Below are positions 32,225 to 44,204 of a DNA stretch of 64,000 nt, in pieces. The translations under genes and the position numbers were made by a program. Location of the stretch: the NCBI RefSeq assembly GCF_009914755.1, contig NC_060927.1; one strand, written 5' to 3'. Origin of the DNA: the human T2T-CHM13v2.0 reference genome, Homo sapiens. How positions within the stretch are numbered: position 1 is the stretch's first letter; each line of letters begins with the position of its first letter. The notes beneath the pieces were generated by a model, which was not told where the DNA came from, did no database searches, and saw only the letters and a program-made list of their open reading frames with translations.

Positions 32225-32632
32225 AACATCATATCATAGAGGTAAGCAAAAACAGTAGAATTAAAGGTTATCTAAGTCCTCTTAGTATTCAAAATATGAT
32301 AAACAAGGAAACAGAGCAGGATGCATCAACTTGTGTTTTTTATTGACAATGATAAGAATAAAATCATTAGCTACCATTTATGGAGTACCAGTTACTGTGT
32401 TAAGCATTTCAATGGGTTACCTCACTGAAAACTAAAAACATCCCTCTGCAATAGAAATTATCGCCCCCATTTCACAAATCAGGAAATTGAGGCTCAGAGA
32501 GATTTGGACACTTTCCCCAGAGTCACACACATAGAAAGTAGCAGAACCAAGATTAAAGTCCAGGTCTTTTGCTCTATCGAGTCCATTCTCTTAACTACAT
32601 CATCTGTCACCTAGACCACTGAAGAGTATCCT

Positions 32633-32785
32633 AAGTACTTGCTACTCAAAGGACGATCCATGGACCAGCAGCATCAGTCTGTTAGAAATACTGACTCTCT
32701 GATCCTTTCCAGGTCTTTAATTTAATCAGAATCTGCATTTTAAGATCAGCAGGAGACTTGTATGCACATTAAAATTAAAGAAGCA
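32633..32785. mobile_element. MER5A-like DNA transposon
   Basis: GCTACTCAAAG...CCATGGACCAGCAGCATCAG...AATCAGAATCTGCATTTTAA...TATGCACATTAAA. Confidence 0.75.
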
Positions 32786-32869
32786 CAAACATACATGCTT
32801 ATCCCACATCAACTATTACCTCAGATAAATTCATTATCCATAATGCATCCATACTTTTTAAAACCTGAT

Positions 32870-33610
32870 TTACTTGACAAATAAAAATTGTATATGTTTA
32901 TGGTATACAACATGATGTTTTGAAATATGTATCCCATGTGGAATGGCTACATCAAGCTAATTAATATGCACTACCTCAAATACGTATTTATTTGTGGTGA
33001 GAATGTCAGAGGTGTTTGAACCAGAGCAACTCCATCTTCAATAGGGGCTGAGTAAAATAAGGCTGAGATCTACTAGGCTGCATTCCCAGGAGGTTAAGGC
33101 ATTCTTAGTCACAAGATAAGATAGAAGGTTGGCACAAGATATGGGTAATAAAGACCTTGCTGATAAAACAGGTTGCAGTAGAGAAGTTGGCTAAAACCCC
33201 CCAAAACCAAAATGGCCACAAGAGTGACCTCTGGTCGTCCTCACTGCTATACTCCCTCCAGCGCCATGACAGTTTAAAAATGCCATGGCAATGTCAGAAA
33301 GTTACCCTATATGGTCTAAAAAGAGGAGTCACGAATAATCCATGCCTTGTTTAGCATATCATCAAGAAATAACCATAAAAATGAGAAACCAGCCACCCTC
33401 AGGACTGCTCCGTCTATGGAGTAGCCATCCTTTTATTCCTTTACTTTCTTAATAAACTTGCTTTCACTTTACTCTGTGGACTTGCCCTGAATTCTTTCTT
33501 GCATAAGACCCAAGAACCCTCTCTTGGGGTCTGGATCAAGACCCCTTTCTGGGAACAAGAACACTTAAAGTCTACACTCTAAGTAATCTTCAATAATACA
33601 ATACATAGCT
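32870..33610 (-). mobile_element. L1MA-like 3' fragment interrupted by MER41
   Basis: TTGACAAATAAAAATTGTATATGTTTATGGTATACAACATGATG...TGTGGTGAGAA|CACTTAAAGTCTAC. Confidence 0.75.
33004..33557 (+). mobile_element. MER41A-like solo LTR
   Basis: TGTCAGAGGTGTTTGAACCAGAGCAACTCCATCTT start; TSD AGAA at 33000-33003 and 33558-33561; lacks the tandem TTCnnnGAA block of MER41B. Confidence 0.88.
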
Positions 33611-33748
33611 ATACATCCATACTTTTATGAAAACAAATCCAACAATTTCATTTCCCCATTTAAGGCCATTAAACAATTTCCCAAATGCCCTCGGAATAAG
33701 GTCGAAATGCAGGTAACCGGACTCTGCATAGTATTACTCAGGCTCACC

Positions 33749-34065
33749 ATTCTCAGCAAACTAACACAGGAACAGAAAAGCAAACACCACACGTTCTCAC
33801 TCATAAGTGGGAGTTGAACAATGAGAACGCATGGACACAGGGAGGGGAACATCACACACCGGGGCCTGTTGTGGGGTAGAGGGGGAAGGGGAGGGAGAGC
33901 ATTAGGACAAATACCTAATGCATGCAGGGCTTAAAACCTAGATGACAGATTGACAGGTGCAGCAAACCACCACGGCACATGTATACCTATTAACAAACCT
34001 GTACATTCTGTACATGTATCCCAGAACTTAAAGTAAAATTTTAAAAAAATTTAAAAAAAGAAAAA
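33749..34065 (+). mobile_element. 5'-truncated L1PA 3' end (~320 bp)
   Basis: L1 3'UTR plus poly-A; 17-bp TSD TATTACTCAGGCTCACC at 33732-33748 and 34072-34088. Confidence 0.93.
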
Positions 34066-36339
34066 CATATCTATTACTCAGGCTCACCTCTGCAGCCTTA
34101 TTCTCTCCACCTCCTCCAGCCATTGATTTTCATACCCTAAGCACACAGACCTTCTTTCTGCTCATCAAATCCCAACATCCCCTCCCTCCCTCCCTCCTGT
34201 CCTCCATTGTACTAGGTTCTTCCCTGCCGAGAATATACCCTCACTCACCCCATCAGTGCCTCCCTACCAGCCCCATTTACTGCTCTCACCAGAGCAGATG
34301 CAGTGCCTGGAACAGAGCTAGGAGCAAGATAAATGTGCTGAATAAAAATATGTTTAGGATACTGAGGGCCTCCGCTGTTTCCTTTGTCCTTCTCCTCTGC
34401 TGTTGCTGTGATCCTCATTCCTGTTGCTCCTTCCCTGTTCCCTGCATCACTTCTTTTCAGTAACTCACCTCCTTATCGTAACCTCATGGCTATTGAAGTT
34501 GTCAGCTTTAGAAAGAAGCACTGCCACATCCCCACGGTCATTGCCCCAGGATTACTCACCAGCTGGATGACAACTGCCTCACTCTAACCCTGAGCCTCCT
34601 GGGATAGGACCAATCCTTTCTAGAGATGGACAGAAGGCCCCACTGACAGAAACAGGCTGCTTTTAAATCAAGGATTTAATATATAGGTGGAACCATAGAT
34701 CAGGGGCCTCTCAGCAGGCAGTACCGAGCCAAAAGCTTCACTGTCTCTCTGCCCACACAAGAGAGTGTCACTGTGCTGACAAGACAGGTTATCAAGAGTT
34801 GTGAGGAACTTCATATTTTAAATGTGATGACCAAGTGTGCTACTCTAAGAAAACAAGTGGCAAACAAATCCTTTTATAATATAAATACCTGCTTAAAGTT
34901 TTAAATCTTGAGGAAATGTGAATTTTCATATATCAGGCTTACAATAACAAAAATAAGAGCTATTATATTTATCTATTGACTGCAAGCTGTTAAGAGCCTG
35001 ACAACATGCTCAAAGCTTTAAACACACTTTCTTCTTCATCATCACTGTGAGGTAGAAATGCTTATTATCCCTATTTTAAGAGAGAAAACCAAGGGCTAAG
35101 TAACCTGTCTAAAAGGCACAGCTGGGAATTAAATCATGGGTCCCCAGACAACCCCTCTACTGCTTCTCTGCTATGTCTTACTATATAGATCACTTTCTCA
35201 TCTGAGAAGTCACAGATATGGACATTCCCAAAGAGACAACCCCTTGGAGAATGATCTCAAAGGCTGAGATTTTTCTCTGCAATGTACATGTTGAAAGCAA
35301 AGTAACCTCCTACATCTTATATTTCAAAGCTGCACTTCTGCATTAAAAGAGTAAACAGATTCAATGAAGAGATGTGGGAACAGGGTGCTTATGAATGCAA
35401 TGCCACAAGTACTTTTTCAGTGTCTACTGGTGGTCAGGCACTGTGGTGGAAGCTGAATGATCAGACTATCAGTTGGGAGAGCGTGGGGGTGGGGGCATGG
35501 GGGTGATGAGGAGAACTTCTCAAATAGACTGTTTCAGGAATGTTTAGCCAATAATTCATAAAACTGTTACTTTATTACCTAACTATATGGAAATCATCTT
35601 TCAGAAGAGACCAGAGTTACCTGCCTTATTATCTGTGAATACATAATTGAAAGGGCCAATATGTCTTCCAAAATGAAAGTCACAACTTGATAGATTTCTG
35701 AGAGTTCATATTAGAGGGTCAGATTTTAACATGTGAATGCAAACATAGTGTCAGAATTTGTTCTCAAGTGTCTGAAAGAACAAAAGAGAAAAGAGTAATG
35801 GGAGCCAAAACCAGACTAACTTCCAAAATAGAAACAGAGCATGTTGAAGTTGCATAAACACACAAATAAAGATGGGGACACAAAAACATTTCCTAAAGCA
35901 TTCTATCAAAGGCTGCAGGAAAAAGGCCAAGACAAGGATACCAAATAGAAAAGCATAAGCCTAAAAAGGTTATCCACACTACTGTGAGGACTCCAGAAAC
36001 CTGCCTTCTTGCAGAAACGGGATACTTTTGACATGAGGGCATGAGATGAAGATTGCAGACTACTTCGTAACACACTCTCCTCATTTATAAAATAAGAGTT
36101 AGATTAGATTATTTATAAGGTCCTTCCAGTCTGAATGCATTAAGTCCTTATCATCTATGTGATCCTTGCACCTTAAGAGAGATGACCATATAAAGAAGCT
36201 CAAAAAACATTTGTTGAATTCATGAAGTATTACAACCTTACCAATAATAAATAAGATAATTTATAACAATTGGTCCTGGTCTGTGGCCTTGAAAGAGCAA
36301 ATTAGAGGAGAAACCATTATCTAAAGAGCTACACATCTG

Positions 36340-37010
36340 GTGTTCCTGCTAGCTGACTGCTGGTGGAATGAAAATAACCCTGGACTTGAAAATAAGATGC
36401 TTGGTTCTAGTCTAATCTCTGACACAAACCAACTGTGTGACCTTGGGCAAACTGCTTTACCACCTGGGCCAGTTTCCTAATCTCTAAAATAAAGGTATTC
36501 TAAAACTATATACATATATATATGGAATCTTTATTATAGGCCAAGAAGTGTTCCAAGATCTTTGCATTAGAATTAAATGATCTCAAAGGTTTTTGCAGCT
36601 CAAATGTTTAGTATCTAAGTACAGAGGCAGCATGGTATAATTAAAAGATTCCAAATTCTGTAGCCAGAAAGGTTGGACTCCTCCTCAGCTCTGTAAGGTA
36701 AGGTCTTTCTCTAAGCAGAGACTGTTAAGCAGAAGGGCTTACAGTCTCAGTCCTTTTATTCACCAGTGTTTTAACTTGAACAAGTTACTTAACTTTCCTA
36801 GCCTTAGTTTTCTAATCTGTAAAGTTGATATAAAAATGGTTCTCACTCTCATATAGCTTTTAAGAGGATTAAATTATAACACATATATTTTATTGAATAT
36901 ATATTATATTGCTAGCTGTGTAATCATGGGCTATCTTCTCAAGTTTTTTCTCATATACAAATGGGAAATGTAGTATTAAAAAGAGATCATGTGAACAGGT
37001 TCTAAATGGT
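36340..37010 (+). mobile_element. Cluster of MIR fragments
   Basis: CTGTGTGACCTTGGGCAAA...CAGTTTCCTAATCTCTAAAAT and CAAGTTACTTAACTT...AGTTTTCTAATCTGTAAA cores. Confidence 0.7.
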
Positions 37011-37109
37011 CAAGTGTTAGTGGTTTTGGAAGCATGTACGTTAATACTTGGAACACCGTATACAACAATCCCATATCTAACACTTAGAACAGCATATGCA
37101 ATCAATAAC

Positions 37110-37110
<1 letters not shown>

Positions 37111-37146
<36 letters not shown>
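37111..37146. repeat. (AC)18 microsatellite
   Basis: Direct reading. Confidence 0.97.
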
Positions 37147-37150
<4 letters not shown>

Positions 37151-37199
37151 CCTAGACTTCTTTCTTTACTAAATATTTCTAGTCCAGGTTGCAGCAGGT

Positions 37200-37510
37200 G
37201 GACACAGGCCGGCAGCCATGAACGCAGGTCCACATGGGAGTTGTAGTTCCGAGTCAAGCGGCTGCTCTACAGAACGGCTAGAAGCGAGACTTCGTCTCCC
37301 AGGAGACATCTCGCCGTGCAAAATGGCACGCCACGAGGTGGAGTACCTGCCCGACGAGAAACAAGAGGCGGGACTGCAACTCCCAGAAGCCTCCGCGGCC
37401 AAGGCCTCAGGCCGCAGGCTGAAGCCAAGGAGGGAGAGTTCAGGTAGATCCGGCTTAACATCAGGTGCGAGTAGGGACCACCCTTGGTAGTCTGGGCCCG
37501 GCCCAGGTCA
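37200..37510. promoter_or_regulatory. Intronic CpG-rich promoter-like module with ZNF143/THAP11-type and YY1-like motifs
   Basis: GAACTACAACTCCCATG (minus, 37233-37249), GGACTGCAACTCCCAGAAGCC (plus, 37371-37391), CAAAATGGC (~37320); CpG-dense. Confidence 0.7.
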
Positions 37511-38099
37511 GAACCTTACTAAAACAACCACTGTGAGTATTTTCTATTGGTCCCAGCACATTTCTGAGAGACCAGAATAATAATAGCAGTAAATCTGCAA
37601 GTGGTAAACTTTCACAAGCATAACCTCAATTTAGATTTCGGCTTCAGGCAACATCCTTTGGCCACTTGACCTGGGAGCATTGAGCTCCTTGTTTCCCAGA
37701 TAAGCGCTGTGAGTGGCTGTTCCAAGGTAACACAGCGAGGGCAGAATGTGAGCCTACAGAGAAATCTGCAGATGCATCTCAAGTTCCACTAACCTGCCTC
37801 CTTACCCCCCACCACCACCAACTTGGATATACCTTTAAAATTCCCCCCTTTGACGCTAAAAATAAAAACAACAACCATAAAATAAGTGTAAGAAAGTCCG
37901 ACCAAGTACCGATGAGTTCTCCCACAACAATAAATTCGATGCCTCTTTGCCTGTTTTTGAAGTAGTAATGTAAAATTATCTCCCAAAATGCTGCCTTCTC
38001 TATACTCCGGTTTGCTCCTGTCCTGGGCACGTGTTCAGCAACCCCTTAGGGGAATCCAGAGCTGCGTGTTTAACACAGACCTGTTGGGACGGATTTTCG

Positions 38100-38790
38100 C
38101 TACTTGTCTATGAAACTGACGAACCATCCCAAAACGGCGGGTGCCGACTACACCCCCAGAGCCAAGAGCTGTGGCGTCCCCGGACCCGCTGGCGTGGCCC
38201 CGTGCCTCAGTTTCCCCAATGTATAAACACGGTGGAGGAGGAACGGGTTAGGGCTAGGGTCGGTGCTTGGGAATTGGGGGGCCCGAGTCCCCACCCTGAG
38301 ACCCTCGTGGGGCGGAAGAGTACTCGGGACAGAAGCCCACCGCCCCGTGAGCGGCGCCGGCCCCACTGGGCTCCGGGGTGATGACCTGACGCGCGTGGAA
38401 ACCCAGACCCGCGCCCCAGAAACAGTATTCCACTTGGGCTTGCCTCCCCGCCCCTACCTTCCAGGATGTTGACAGCTGGGAATGAAAGGCAGAGGGAGGG
38501 AGCGCGGGGCCGGAGCGCCGCCTGGGAGTGTGCCCACTGGGTGGCCGCCTGAGGGACCCGGGAACAGAGGGCAAAAAGTCCTGTGACCGGACAGAGCAGA
38601 GCGGGGACTGCAATTCCCAGAAGACCCCACGGTAGGGGCGGGACCCAAGATGGCCGCTTGTCTGGGGACAGGAGCGGAGGCCAATACGCGCAGAGCATGC
38701 GCCTACGCCGGGCCAATTGAAAGCCATAGTGACAGTAACCCTGATTCAGGGGCGGGAAACACTGACCACAGAAGACAAGTTGAGGTGAGA
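38100..38790. promoter_or_regulatory. FHIT: FHIT CpG island and TATA-less promoter
   Basis: High GC/CpG; ZNF143-type GGACTGCAATTCCCAGAAG ~38605; GC box 38635; YY1-like CAAGATGGCCGC 38646-38657; CCAAT at 38681 and 38713 (32 bp apart); NRF1-like GAGCATGCGC 38693; GC/E2F GGGGCGGGAAA 38749. Confidence 0.88.
38458..38610 (-). other. FHIT: FHIT non-coding exon 1 (5'UTR); TSS position approximate
   Basis: Minus strand TCCCCGCTCTGCTCTGTCCGGTCACAGGACTTTTTGCCC...CAGCTGTCAACATCCTGGAAG matches the FHIT mRNA 5' end as I recall it; donor AAG|GTAGGG. Confidence 0.87.
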
Positions 38791-40649
38791 ATCCCCTTAC
38801 AAGGGGGTTTGGGGCATAAATCGCACAATCTTTGGCTTTTTCTAACTAGAAAAAGAAACATGATTCTTTTCACGTGTAACGAAAGGCTGTACCGCACTTT
38901 TGCTTTTTTCTTTCCTCCCAAAACGCGTTTAACTATCCCTTCACGACTTCCCACTGGCTGGATTTCTTTTCGTTTCATTTCCCCACTCTGGATCTTTCTG
39001 GATTCCTTAAGCCTTCTTTTCTTTATGTGTCTCTCAGAAACACAGACTTGCAGTCCCTGGCTTGATCCATCAAATAATGTGGTCATTTACGACTACGCTC
39101 AGCCCTCCCTGGCATCCTAACAAAATTGCACCACATGCGCCCCTTCTCTTTTCCTTTCTGTCTTTTCTGTGCTGTTTTTCTCCTTAGCATTTGTCGTTAC
39201 GAAGCATTGTATAAAATTTACGTATTTATCTTTTTTACCATCTTACTTTCTCACTAGAATGCAAGATCCCTGCAGATGTGGATTTTTGTTTTGGTCACTG
39301 TAGTCTTTCTAGCACCTAGAAAAGTGCCCAGCACATAGTAAATACACCGTATTTTCAATAATTGAACGAAATCTAGAGTGACCTTTCTCCCCTAGTCTCC
39401 CTTTCTCTGGTGCAGATCAACCCGTTTCTGACCACCATGGTTCCTTGTGCTTGTTCCCCTGTTTAATCCAAAATCATTATTGATGTATTCTGTGCCAAAT
39501 GCCATGTGGGTGCTGGAGAAATCATTGATTCAGACCCAATTCCTAACCTCAAAATGCTCTGTCTAGTGACGTATGAAAAGTAAAATTAATTTTACAATAA
39601 ATGCAATTACAAATTGCAGAACACCTACGTAATTTTCACAAGGTCATGCAGCTCCTAAGCAAGGACTAGATTCCTGGCTGCAGACTCTTGCCATTACATC
39701 GGGAAAAACAAAGAGCAGTTTTCTCTCAGACAAACACTAAGATAGGTCCCCATTTTCCTTAGCACCATTTCCTTTCTCTGTCTCTCACTTTTTTATTTGG
39801 CCTGATTCATTACATGCAGGCAATTACATCAAGTCTTAGATCTCTCATTATTTCTAATATTTGAATCCCATGGAGAGTAGCAAGGTGTCCTACAAAGTGT
39901 CCTGGTGTGAAAATCTGATGTCCTTGGAAGCTTGACTCTCAGAGAATGTCACATTGGATTATAGTTCATCACACAGACACCATGGCCACATAAAATATTA
40001 TCAAATTGTGAATAACAAAGTGAAATTGAAAAAAAAAATATAGTTAAAACAGCAGGAATGTGAGCAATATATGTACAGACTGATTTTGTGCATAGAGATT
40101 AAAACACCTGTTCAGGCTTCCTAGCCTAATCTTCTGTCAATTTGGGGTCATTTCCTGTAATACAATTCTTTGTTGCTTTTATGAGCACAGACTTAGCTCA
40201 GCAGTCCCAGCTATTCTCAAGCTGATCGACATGAGAGATTTCAACACATGTGTCAGCAGCCAGACTAAACGTGGAAGAAAATCAGAAGCATTTGAAACTG
40301 TAAAGCTCAATAACTTTCCTCCTCCTGAGAAAGCATCAGCCTATAATCATTACATCTTCTACTTAGCAGTCAAAAGGCAAATGTCATGAACATACTCAGG
40401 GTCTAAACAGTGGTGTCTAATGATTATTGCACTGTTGTCAGATAGCCTAATATGAGCACATAGGTATTACTTCAGCTGTGGATAATGCTGACTGCTGGGC
40501 TCAAGGTCACCCACGACCTTGAGCAACAGATACATTCACAAAGAGCATGAAGACATAGAACTTGCATTGGATTCAGGACCTTCAAGTGCCAAGACAATCA
40601 GTGGGAGGTTACTGTCTGATCTGCAACTTGACTGAATTAATAACCACCT

Positions 40650-41115
40650 TAGTATGGGTTCTCCCAGAAGCAGATCTGGAGACAGGTATTCAAGAGCAAG
40701 TATTTTATTTAGGAGGTTATCGCAGGAAACACCAGTAAGAGACTAAGAAAGTGAAATAGGGAAGAGAAGACCAAAAAGATGCCTTATCTAGCACATTACC
40801 GCTAGAGGCACCCAGAACTTAATCCTCCTAGAAATCTCTGGGAAACAATATGGAACATGTACCTTAGACTGAGTGATTCCACCAAGAGGACAAGATAACT
40901 GGGTTGTTTAAACACCAACTACCGTCAGTCAATGATTGGGGGCAGCTTTCAGGGATTATTAAGACCCTGGCTTGTCTGCAATGCTCCAAGAGTAGACAGA
41001 GTTGCCTCAGTGGCCACAGAAAGCCAGAGATAGAAGAATTAAGAGTCACATTGGTATACGCTGAAATAGTAAGGGAATATAGCATACTGGCGGGGCACCA
41101 ATAATATCTGCTACA
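40650..41115 (-). mobile_element. ERVL LTR33-like
   Basis: GGGTTCTCCCAGAAGCAGA... and end GGGGCACCAATAATATCTGCTACA (reverse complement TGTAGCAGAT...GGTGCCCCGCC). Confidence 0.7.
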
Positions 41116-41690
41116 GGTGGCTTTGGTTTACCACAAGCTCATGTCACTGAAACTAACAGAATAAGAATAAGTCAGAAACTAAGTAGATAAATACAAAAAG
41201 CCCAAGCAGCCTACCACCTTCTATCACTCATCAACAATTAAGATAGATTGTACTTTCTAAATCCTCACTAAGACATACAAACCAAACAATAGCAGAAGCC
41301 TCATTTACACTGGGGAATAGGAACTCTTTGGGCATTTAAGGAGGGTGCTTTGGGAGCTTTGGGGCATGGTAGTGCAAGGAGAAAGAAGATTAAGAAAAGG
41401 GGAAAAGGACATTTAAAGAAACGTGTTAAAAACATTGTGTTTTTCATTTTATGGTCTTGAAACATGAGTAAAGGGTGTGGATATTTTAAGAAGGTAGCAT
41501 CAAGATCTGGGTGACTTTTAGACCCAGAAGACAATTTTGTGAAAGACTTCTGTGGATTGTGCCATTATAGTACTTCTTCATAGCAAATATCTTTACTTGA
41601 AATTATACCCACATTTATTTGTCCTTTTGTTTATCATCTGTCTCCTTCAAACAAAAGGTAAACTCCATGAAGGTAAGAACTTTGTTTTCA

Positions 41691-41985
41691 GGCCAGGCAC
41701 GGTGGCTCATGCCTGTAATCCCAGCACTTTGGGAGGCCGAGGTGGGCAGATCACGAGGTCAGGAGTTTGAAACCAGCCTGGCCAACATGGTGAAAACCCA
41801 TCTCTACCAAAAATACAAAAATTAGCCAGGCATGGTGGCTCACACCTGTAGTCCCAGCTACTTGGGAGGCTGAGGCAAGGAATCACTTGAGCCTGGGAGG
41901 CAGAGGCTGCAGTGAGCCAAGATTGTGCCACTGCACTCCAGCCCAAGTGACAGAGCGAGACTCCATCTCAAAAAAAAAAAAAAAA
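41691..41985 (+). mobile_element. AluS, inserted in an L2 3' end
   Basis: Full dimer with poly-A; flanks AACTTT[G/A]TTTT. Confidence 0.96.
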
Positions 41986-43554
41986 CAAACTTTATTTTTG
42001 TGTTATTCATTAGTCAGCACTCAATAAATATGTGGTTAACAAATGACTATATTATGGCTACAAAAAGTAAACAGGGTAAGTACTAGAAGAGCCTGACATT
42101 TGTACCATTTGTATCATTCAACTAAATCATAAAGGTAAGAGGCACTGGTAACTACACCATAACCCCCCATTATCACGAAGCTTGGGGCCATCCTTGTGTG
42201 TAGAAAAACTGGAGGTCACATAATGTTCTCTGGCTTTAGTCAAACACTTCCAACAGCATCCTCTTCAAGCACACATGGCCTACAAGGAAATCTTTACCAT
42301 GGAAACAGAATTTCAAAACTAAAAAGTCCGTAGAGGTCAAAGAGTTCAACCCTCTGCATAATTCATCTTAGCCATATGTTACAGGTCATAATTCAGACCT
42401 TCAGACAAGAATCTTTATTTATTTGTAATTTATTACAAATTTATTTGAAAAAATAATATCTAATACAAAAATATTATATTAGAAAAAAGGAGAAACAATG
42501 CATTATTTTTGTAATACAAAGTATAGAAAGTTTGGGAAACTCAGTCGTACCCAAATGCTCTAGTCTGCTTCACACATTTCTTAACCTGTGATCATTAAGC
42601 TTTTTGGCTACCATTGGAGAATTCTGGTTGCCAGTAAGAGCCATCTTATGATGTGCTGAAAATTTTCTAAATTTTTCACCTATGTTTTTTTTTTCTGTCA
42701 TCTTATTTCTCCCTTTGTTGTTCTGTGTTAAATGTATTCCTTGGGTAGATTTGTTCATCAGATATTTAGAGATCTGTCTATTCCCTATAGCTTGTGAACA
42801 TATGCATGCTGTCTGCTTTTAACTGTGCCTCATAAATAATCACACTTAATCCTTCTTAGTGCCATCTTTTGCAATCATCTTCCAGTTACCTAGAACATAA
42901 GGTGCATAAAACTAAGCTCAGTGTCCAAGCTGTGATCTCAGTAGGGTGGCTCAGAATTAAGCGATGATTTTTCATCACTCTCTTTCAAGAAATTATGGCT
43001 CTAAACTTATTGCCCTGGTTTCACTGCAGCTTTAAAGACATTTCATCATTCTAGAAGATAAGACCCATTAAAAGCATTTTCTAAAAACTAAAAAATATAG
43101 TAGAGGAGAGTGCAGTTTCAATTCAGTTCCGTGTTTTATATATTGAGGGTTACTCTGCGAGCCATTGTGTTAGAGGCTGTAATTCACAAGTGAATAAGAC
43201 ACAGTCTCTGGAGTGGTACGGTAGTGAATACTGTAAGCATGTAAACAGATGAGCAAATCAATGTGATTCCCCATATGAGCCAATGCCAATGCCAGAATGA
43301 GTGGATTCTGCCACCTATAGTGAAGGAGAGACAGGGGTTCTGGGCAGAGGCAACAGTACATGGCAAGCACCAGAGTTCAGGCAGGTAAACGAATCAGTCT
43401 ACAACCTAAATTGGAAGTAGGATAGCAGTGAAAGAAACCAGAAGAGTCTCAAGAACCAGCTCATGAGGGTTTCCTAGGTAACTCCCTAGTTTGCTGTAAA
43501 AGTAATTGAAAGCCTTGTAACTATAAAATAAATAGCTTAATTTGGAGGCAAAAT

Positions 43555-44100
43555 GGGGAAAATCATTCAACAAATATTTATTGAGCATTTACTATATGCC
43601 AGGGATGCAATGGTGAGTAAATCATTGAAAAAAAAAAAATCCCTACCCTTGTGGGACCTCTAGAAGAGTAGACAAGCCATACTCTAATATACAAATGTAT
43701 AGTCTATCATAGGTGTTGATAAATGCTAGCGGTAAAAAAGCAGAGTGAAAGGCTAGAAAGTGATAGGTGGTCTTCTTTTACATAGGGGGTCAGGGAAGGC
43801 CTCTTTGAAGAGATGTCATCTGAACAAAGATCTCAGTGAAGTGGGGTGGGAGGCAGCCATGAGGAAATCTATGCAAGAAAGTTCCAAACAGGCGGTACAG
43901 TAAGTGCAAAGTCCTTAAGACACAAGTCCTTAAGATACAAACAAGTCCTTAAGATACACCATGCTGGCGTGGTAGAAGAATAGCCAGAAAGCCATGTGGC
44001 TGGAGAAGAGTGAACGAGAAGAAAAGTAATGGAAAGGAGGTCAAAGGCAATCAGAGGCCGGATCATGAAGGGTTTGGTAGGCCATGGTAAGATCTCCAGG
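43555..44100 (-). mobile_element. L2 3' end with an internal 3x AAGTCCTTAAGA[C/T]AC repeat at ~43909-43958
   Basis: TCATTCAACAAATATTTATTGAGCATTTACTATATGCCAGG. Confidence 0.85.
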
Positions 44101-44204
44101 ACAAATGTTAAACTGGTCCATAAATGTAGCCATCAGACAGTATATACAGTATGACCCATTCGTGTGAACATAAAAAGATTGTGTGTTACACACACACATA
44201 ATTA

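Noticed and set aside
35474-35503. G-quadruplex-capable G runs (also at 4173-4195)
   Set aside because: Common motif; the 4.2-kb one is the standard L1 3'UTR tract; no independent support
38031-39120. Several 100-170 aa ORFs over the CpG island
   Set aside because: Expected from stop-codon scarcity in GC-rich DNA; no domains; only the 38650 start is kept, as a low-interest note
43909-43958. Three copies of AAGTCCTTAAGA[C/T]AC
   Set aside because: Slippage duplication inside an L2; spacers too short and non-unique to be an array
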